A DNA stretch of 32,000 nt from Candidatus Iainarchaeum sp. (GTDB lineage: Archaea; Iainarchaeota; Iainarchaeia; Iainarchaeales; CSSED10-239), in the NCBI GenBank assembly GCA_028700115.1, contig JAQVTI010000009.1, positions 1 through 32,000 on the forward strand, in the 5' to 3' direction. The position numbers and the translations under genes are program-made. Below the pieces are notes generated by a model, which saw only the letters and a program-made list of their open reading frames with translations, ran no database searches and was not told the DNA's origin. Position 1 is the stretch's first letter. Each line of letters begins with the position of its first letter. Of this stretch, positions 25,895 through 32,000 are shown one piece after another.

Positions 25895-26452
25895 ATGATT
25901 CATAGAAATTATTTTATTCAAGGAAGAATATTAATAGAAATTTATGAAAATAGAGTGGAAATATTAAATCCTGGAAAACTATTATTTGATCCAAAAGAAT
26001 TTGGTAAAGTAAGTGTTTCAAGAAATCCTATATTAGCAGATTGTATATTAAGAACTAGTTTGATAGAAAAGATAGGTTCTGGTGTTAAAAGAATTAGAAA
26101 ATTAGTTCCAAATGTTAAGTTTAATATAGATACAGATTGGTTTAGTGTTATATTTAAAAGAGATATATCTACTAAAGTGGATAGTAAAGTAAGTGTGGAT
26201 GCCGGTATAAATGCACCTGTAAATGCACCTGTAAATGCACCTGTAAATGCACCTGTAAAATTAAATAATTTACAATTAAACATTATAACAGAAATACGAA
26301 AAAATAAAAATATAACTTATGATGATTTAAGTAATATATTTTCTATACATAGAACTACAATTATGAGAAATATTTCTAAATTAAAGAAATCAGGAATATT
26401 AGAAAGAATTGGATCTGATAAAACAGGATTTTGGAAAGTAAATAAAATTTAA
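25895..26452 (+). pseudogene. 5'-truncated AlbA_2/Schlafen-like ATP-binding regulator with C-terminal HTH
   Basis: 'NAMIHRNYFIQGRILIEIYENRVEILNPGKLLFDP...NPILADCILRTSLIEKIGSGVKRI' then HTH 'ITYDDLSNIFSIHRTTIMRNISKLKKSGILERIGSDKTGFWKV'. Coding-like sequence 'INLVRVETPEIPEPALRESILNAMIHR' lies upstream of the ATG, but the N-terminal domain is missing. Confidence 0.72.
26206..26257 (+). repeat. 12-bp tandem repeat encoding NAPV
   Basis: AATGCACCTGTA repeated four to five times (GINAPVNAPVNAPVNAPVNAPVK). Confidence 0.9.
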
Positions 26453-26540
26453 ATTTAACTATTAGAAATTTTTCAATAGTTTAAAAAGAAAGCAATAGAA
26501 ATATATATTTTTATATTTTATAAAAAAATATTTTTAAAAA

Positions 26541-26694
26541 TCATAATAATATTAACTTACCATAATCTGTTAAAGAAAGATTTCTATTAATTTCATTAAC
26601 TAGTCCTTTTTCTTTAAAATCTCTTATATTATTATAAACTGCAGTTCTTCCTAAAGTTTTATTATTTGCAAGTTCTGAAAGAGTTATTTTAGAT
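26541..26694 (-). pseudogene. Remnant HTH C-terminus duplicated from the CARF-HTH gene
   Basis: Encodes 'KITLSELANNKTLGRTAVYNNIRDFKEKGLVNEINRNLSLTDYGKLILL*', nearly identical to the end of the 27068-27675 gene. Confidence 0.8.
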
Positions 26695-26830
26695 TAAATT
26701 TTATAAATTTTTAATTTTATTTATAAGTTTGTGCCTTGCAAAATATGTTTTATCAAAACACACTTAAATATTACACATAATAATAATATACATTATAATA
26801 TCATATATTATATCTAGAGATGACCATAAT

Positions 26831-27064
26831 ATGAAAAAATTATATTTTGATGTTGAAACTACAGGTTTAAATCCAGAAAAGCACGGTTTAATTCAATTTT
26901 CAGGAATAATTGAAATAGATGGTGAAATTAAAGAAAAATTTAATTTTAAAATAAAACCATTTGACTCTGATTTAATTGAAGAAAGTGCATTAAATGTAAA
27001 TAATATAAGTAGAGAAGAACTTAATTTATTTACAGAGCCTAATTTTATAAAAAAAGATTTTTAA
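26831..27064 (+). pseudogene. N-terminal fragment of a DnaQ-like (DEDD) 3'-5' exonuclease
   Basis: 'MKKLYFDVETTGLNPEKHGLIQFSGIIEIDGEIKEKFNFKIKPFDSDLIEESALNVNNIS'; ends at 77 aa immediately before the duplicated HTH sequence. Confidence 0.78.
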
Positions 27065-27067
27065 AAA

Positions 27068-27675
27068 TTATAATAATATTAACTTACCATAATCTGTTAA
27101 AGAAAGATTTCCATTAATTTCATTAACTAGACCTTTTTCTTTAAAATCTCTTATGTTATTATAAACTGCAGTTCTTCCTAGTTTTTTATTATTTGAATTT
27201 GCAAGTTCTGAAAGAGTTATTTTCTTTTTAGAAATAGTACTTAATAGATCATATGCATTTTTATTAATCTCAAAAGAAAGTTTAGGAATTGAAATCATTT
27301 TATTTATTTCTTGAGTAAAATATAATATTTCTTTTATTTTATTACTTCTTGCATAACAACCAAGCATAATACCAATAGACTTTGTTTTTCTTCCAGAAGT
27401 AATATCTCTATATATATTTCATTAATATCTTCATTATATACTTTATCTATTTCTTTAATAATTTCCTTTGCGATTTCATAAACTTCATAAACAGAAGTTT
27501 TAATTTCTTTAAATTTAATATGTTTAAATGTGTTTTTTAGTTTTTCTTTAGCTTCTTTTTGATGTTCATCTGGTTTTTTGTCTATTATTAGATAAATCTC
27601 TTCAGGATTTATCTTTGTAATAGCTCCAACCATTGGAGTAAAAGAATATGTGTTTGTGAATAATATTTTTTTCAT
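27068..27675 (-). pseudogene. CARF-HTH (Csa3-like) transcriptional regulator, frameshifted
   Basis: N-terminal frame 'MKKILFTNTYSFTPMVGAITKINPEEIYLIIDKK...' and C-terminal frame '...RDITSGRKTKSIGIMLGCYARSNKIKEIL...KITLSELANSNNKKLGRTAVYNNIRDFKEKGLVNE' join if one TA unit is removed from the TATATATA run near 27403-27412. Confidence 0.65.
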
Positions 27676-27697
27676 ATTAAATCTTTTTTAAATTATA

Positions 27698-27797
27698 TTT
27701 TAATTGGTAACTATATTGTATTTTAATTGGTAACTATATTGTATTTTAATTGGTAACTATATTGTATTTTAATTGGTAACTATATTGTATTTTAATT
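27698..27797 (+). repeat. 23-bp perfect tandem repeat, four copies plus partial
   Basis: TTTTAATTGGTAACTATATTGTA at 27698-27720, 27721-27743, 27744-27766 and 27767-27789, then TTTTAATT. Confidence 0.95.
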
Positions 27798-27856
27798 AAT
27801 AGTAATTGTTTTTAAAAAAGTATTTATTTTTGTAAAAAAATACATTTTTTTAAGAA

Positions 27857-28039
27857 CTAGTTTATTAAATCGTATACTAGAGTTAATCCTTTTTTTGTAA
27901 GAACTATGATTTTTCCTTTTTTACTATCTTTGTTTTTTATAGAAATTAGACTTAGTTTTTCTAGATCTTTTATATTTCTAGAAACATTAGATATATCTAT
28001 GTTTATAGTTTTTGCAATCTCAGATATAGTTTTAGGCAT
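27857..28039 (-). CDS. Small winged-HTH regulator
   Basis: 'KTISEIAKTINIDISNVSRNIKDLEKLSLISIKNKDSKKGKIIVLTKKG'; 60 aa. Confidence 0.6.
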   Translation of the reverse strand: MPKTISEIAKTINIDISNVSRNIKDLEKLSLISIKNKDSKKGKIIVLTKKGLTLVYDLIN

Positions 28040-28555
28040 AGTTAGAGAAAAAAGTATTTTTTTCTTATTAGGAGAAGAAATAACTTTACCTAGAGTTTCA
28101 TAATCTGTTTTGATATCTTTATATTTAAGGTTTTTTTAGAATTTTTCTCATCTTTATTTATCATTATATAATATATTATATTTTGTAATAAAAAGGTTTT
28201 GTTAATTTGTTAACTTATAGTTATTAATTAATTGTAGTTTACTTGTAAGATTTAAAAAGGTTTTGGTACTTAAATATAGATTATATGTTGATTGAAAATA
28301 AACAAGTTCACTTTTTTGTGAACAAAGAAGTTTATTTTAAAAAAATTAAAAAAGGGGATTTTTTAAGAAAAGAAATTAATTTGTAAGGTTATTTTAGAAT
28401 ATATTTTTTTATTCATAGATTTATTTGTTAGCCAGAATAGATTTACCTTTTTTTTATATATGTTCTAGAAGATCTTTAATTTAGTTTATTTTTTATAAAA
28501 ATTTAAAAAAATTAAAATATTCAAAAAAATTATTTAAAATATGGAGGGTATTTAA

Positions 28556-31500
28556 ATGAATAATAAGAATATAAATAATAGTCATTTTCCAAAAATACTA
28601 TTATCTTTAAGTTTAATCTTTTTCTTTTTATTATCATTTGGGAATGTATTTGCTGCACCAACAATTACTGTAGATACATTAACTACAAATGATCAAACTC
28701 CTGAATTAACAGGAGATATTAGTTTAGATGGAGAATCAATTACAAGTATGCAATTAATTTTAGATGGTGTTACTTATGGAGATTCTTCTATTACTAGAAC
28801 TACAACTACTTGGACATTAGCAGATAATGTGATTACATCTAATTTATCTGAAGCTACTTATGATGTTGCTGTGCAAATGAACACAAGTGTAACTGGATCT
28901 GTAACTGATTCTACATCTGATGAATTAGTAATTGATACAACTGCACCTACAGTTTCTATTACATTAAGTGATTATGCTTTAATTGTAGGTGAAACATCAA
29001 CTGTAACTTTTACATTTAGTGAAGCTCCAATTGGATTTACATCTGATGATGTTATCTTAACAGATGCAAATGGAACTATTGGAGAAATTACAAATGAGGG
29101 TTTAGTTTATTCAGGTACTTTTACTCCTACAGATGATTTAGAAGATGCTGAAAATGTAATTACTGTTGGAACTTCTTGGACTGATGCAGCTGGAAATTCA
29201 CCAATCGGAACTACAGATTCTTCAAATTATGAAATTGATACACAAAAGAACCTACATTATCTATTACATTAAGTGATTATGCTTTAATTGTAGGTGAAAC
29301 ATCAGTTGTAACTTTTACATTTAGTGAAGCTCCAACTGATTTTACTGTAGATGATGTAACAATAATTGATAATGGAATTTTATCTGATTTTGCTGTTAAT
29401 GGTGTAGATTCTAAAATCTATACTGCTACTTTTACTCCTGCAGATGATTTAGAAGATGCAACAAATATTATTACTGTTGGAACTTCTTGGACTGATGCAG
29501 CTGGAAATTCACCAATCGGAACTACAGATTCTTCAAATTATAAAATTGATACAAAAGAACCTGTTATTTCTGAAGTTACAGCTGTAGTTACTCCTACAAA
29601 TGATTCTACTCCTGAATACACTTTTACTACAAGTGAAGTAGGAAATATGTCATTTACTGGAGGGTGTTCAACTTCAGATACAATTAGTGCTACTGGAGAT
29701 GCAACAATTACATTTGCTGCATTATCTGATGGAACATATGATTGTAACTTAATTGTAACTGATGCAGCTGGAAATGCATCTAATATTTTAAATATAAGTG
29801 AATTTACTATTGATGCTACAAGTCCAACATATGAAATTTTATATTCAAATAATGGACCTGTAAAATCTGGAGATTCTGTAACTATTACAGCTGAGTTTAA
29901 TGAAGATGTTAAAGACTCATCTGTTCCACAAATTGAATTATCTGGAGATGCTACTGGATTTGATGCTATTAATATGACTAAAACAGATTCAAATACTTAT
30001 ACTTATGTTTGGACTGTTGGAACAGGAGATGGAAATTTAATTCCTACTGTCACAGTTGCTGAAGATTTAGTAGGAAATGTTATAACTGAAACAGGATCTA
30101 CAAAAACTCAAATTGAAGTAGATAATACTTTGCCAACTTTAAGTTCTGTTACAATTGAATCTAATAATTCAAATACAGCTTATGCAAAAGTTGGAGATGT
30201 AGTAACTTTAAGTTTTACTGCAAGTGAAAATTTACAAACACCTACTGTTACAATTGCAGGTTATTCTGTGGGTGCAATTTTATCTGAAGGCAGTTATATT
30301 GCAGAATATACTTTAGTTTCTGGAGATGCTGAAGGAATTATTTCTTTTACAATAGATTTTACAGATACTGCTGGAAATGAAGGTAGTCAAGTAACAACTA
30401 CTACTAATGAATCTAGTGTTACTTTTGATAAAACTATACCAATTATCTCAAGTGTTGTTTTAGGTTCTGATGAATATATTAATTCTGATGAAACTACTAG
30501 TGGTATAAATATTTTAGTAAATACAACAGGTGTTGAAGATTCTCAAACTGTGACTTGTGAATTAACAGATGGAACTACAACTATTTCAAAAATTGGAAGT
30601 GTTTCTAGTAATACTGTTACAATTGCAAGTGGTGTTTTAACATCATTAAATGATGGAACAATTACAGTAACTTGTGATGTTTCTGATATTTCTGGAAATG
30701 CTGCAACTTCTGAAAGTAATACAGCTACAAAAGATACAGTTGCACCAACTTTAGTTTCTGCAGAAAAAGTTTCTGAAACAGGAATTGAATTAACTTTATC
30801 TGAAACAATTACAGATAATGATTCAAATCCAACTGATTTTACAGTAACTGATTCACAAGATAATACATTTACTGTAACTAGTCAATCAAATACAGATGGA
30901 ACAACTATTTTGTTAACAGTTAATTCAATGCATACATCTATTGGAGATTTAACTGTAACTTATACAAATAATAATTCAGAAGTAGAAGATTTAGCAGGAA
31001 ATGATTTAGCAACTGATTCAACTGGAGTTGTTGCTTCAAGTGTAAATTATTTATCATTTGTTGAAGGTTGGAATTATTTTGCACTTCCAAAAGATACTGA
31101 AGATAATACAATTTCTGCTATGTTTAATACAAATCTAGAAAATATAGAAGTTATTTACAAATATGATTCTGTAAATGAACAATATGTTGCAATGGATAAT
31201 TCAGACGAATTAGAACTTTTAGAGGGATATATTATAAAAACAACATCTGCATTTGATGAAGAAGTTGTTTATGAATTAGATTCTGCATTATATTCTGGAG
31301 AATATAGAACTTTAGTTCCTGGAACTTGGAATTTAGTTGGAAATACTTCTTTAGAAAATAGATCTAGAATGTCATATATTTTGAATTCTTGTGAAAGTAC
31401 TGTTTCTGAAGATAATCTTTGGGATATGACTGTTCATTATAATGAAGCTGGCCAATATGGATTTATACAAAATATACTTTCTTCTTATAATGTAGATTTA

Positions 31501-31587
31501 ATGGATTCATTCTGGGTATATGTTCCAACTTTACCAGATTATCAATCTTGTACAATGCTTTTAAATAGATTAGAGGTTGAAGAATAA
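28556..31587 (+). pseudogene. Large secreted/surface Ig-like repeat protein interrupted by a frameshift
   Basis: Signal peptide-like 'ILLSLSLIFFFLLSFGNVFAAP', Ig-like repeats, C-terminal 'FVEGWNYFALPKDTE...SFWVYVPTLP'. The frame changes at ~29243 (GATACACAAAAGAACCT versus GATACAAAAGAACCT in the next repeat). The ORF track splits it into 28556-29272 and 29647-31587. Confidence 0.85.
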
Positions 31588-31595
31588 ATCTGTAT

Positions 31596-31623
31596 AAGAA
31601 AAGATTTAATCTTTTCTTTTTTT
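31596..31623 (+). terminator. Hairpin plus T-tract after the surface protein gene
   Basis: AAGAAAAGATT (31596-31606) is complementary to AATCTTTTCTT (31608-31618), followed by T5. Confidence 0.55.
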
Positions 31624-31657
31624 CCTTTTTTTTATAAAAAAAGGGAGGTTATAAAAA

Positions 31658-32000
31658 ATGATGAAAAAAATATTTAAAATATTTATATTATTTGTAATTT
31701 TTTCAATAGGTGTTATATATGCAACTCCTAATTTACCATCTACTCCACATGCATTTTATGGAAATGTGACAAATGATGGAACTGCTTTAGAAACAGGTTG
31801 TGTTATTTGTACTGAAGTAAATGGAATAACAAATCTAAATGATTGTATAACAACAGATCAATTAGGAAAATATGGTTATAATAGAAAATTAATTGCACAA
31901 AATGTAAATTTAGAAGATGGAAATATAGTTAAATTTAAAATAGGTTCAACTTATGCAACTCAAACAGATGAATTTGAATCAGGAGAAATTACTTTTTTAG
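31658..32000 (+). CDS. Secreted protein, truncated by window end
   Basis: Signal-peptide-like 'MMKKIFKIFILFVIFSIGVIYATPNLPSTPHAFYGNVTNDGTALETGCVICTEVNGITN...'; GGGAGG RBS upstream. Confidence 0.75.
   Translation, partial: MMKKIFKIFILFVIFSIGVIYATPNLPSTPHAFYGNVTNDGTALETGCVICTEVNGITNLNDCITTDQLGKYGYNRKLIAQNVNLEDGNIVKFKIGSTYATQTDEFESGEITFL

Noticed and set aside
25942-26283. Minus-strand ORF with (FTGA)n repeats
   Set aside because: It is the antisense reading of the NAPV repeat and the AlbA_2-like gene.
27698-27797. CRISPR array
   Set aside because: The 23-bp units are directly adjacent with no spacers; it is a simple tandem repeat. No cas genes were seen in the window.
28415-28430. Additional tRNA-Thr tail copy (GTTAGCCAGAATAG)
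   Set aside because: Only a short GCCAGAA match with no T-arm; below what I would distinguish from chance.

Overview
AT-rich archaeal window, probably from a small-genome DPANN-like lineage (inference from gene content, lysine/asparagine/isoleucine-rich proteins and leaderless TATA-type starts). Housekeeping and metabolic genes (DEAD-box RNA helicase, a form II/III-like RuBisCO large subunit, DUF134 + NifX/NifB-like + DUF5320-like genes, FKBP/SlyD-like isomerase, seryl-tRNA synthetase, HIT protein) are interspersed with accessory islands. The most interesting content is two radical-SAM gene clusters on opposite strands. Cluster A (4747-9916, +) has a possible 43-aa precursor, a PqqD/RRE-like protein, a radical SAM/SPASM protein, a ThDP-dependent enzyme, a standalone PEP-utiliser phosphohistidine (swivelling) domain, an unknown ~335-aa protein, and a second radical SAM. 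Cluster B (25691-21256, -) has a 48-aa possible precursor with a strong RBS, a radical SAM/SPASM protein, a methyltransferase, a diverged homologue of the same unknown protein, a second standalone phosphohistidine domain, an EpiD/Dfp-like HFCD flavoprotein, and another radical SAM/SPASM protein. The shared core (radical SAM + standalone phosphohistidine domain + unknown protein) looks like a RiPP-like or small-molecule biosynthetic system that I do not recognise. The left edge (511-3811) has three repeats of a tRNA-Thr 3' end separating cargo cassettes (Fic, AAA ATPase + decayed methyltransferase, cluster A), suggesting tandem integration. Other notable structures are paralogous AAA ATPases (one flanked by 55-bp direct repeats), a frameshifted CARF/Csa3-like regulator with a duplicated HTH end, a 23-bp tandem repeat array, and a large Ig-like surface protein broken by a CA dinucleotide insertion.
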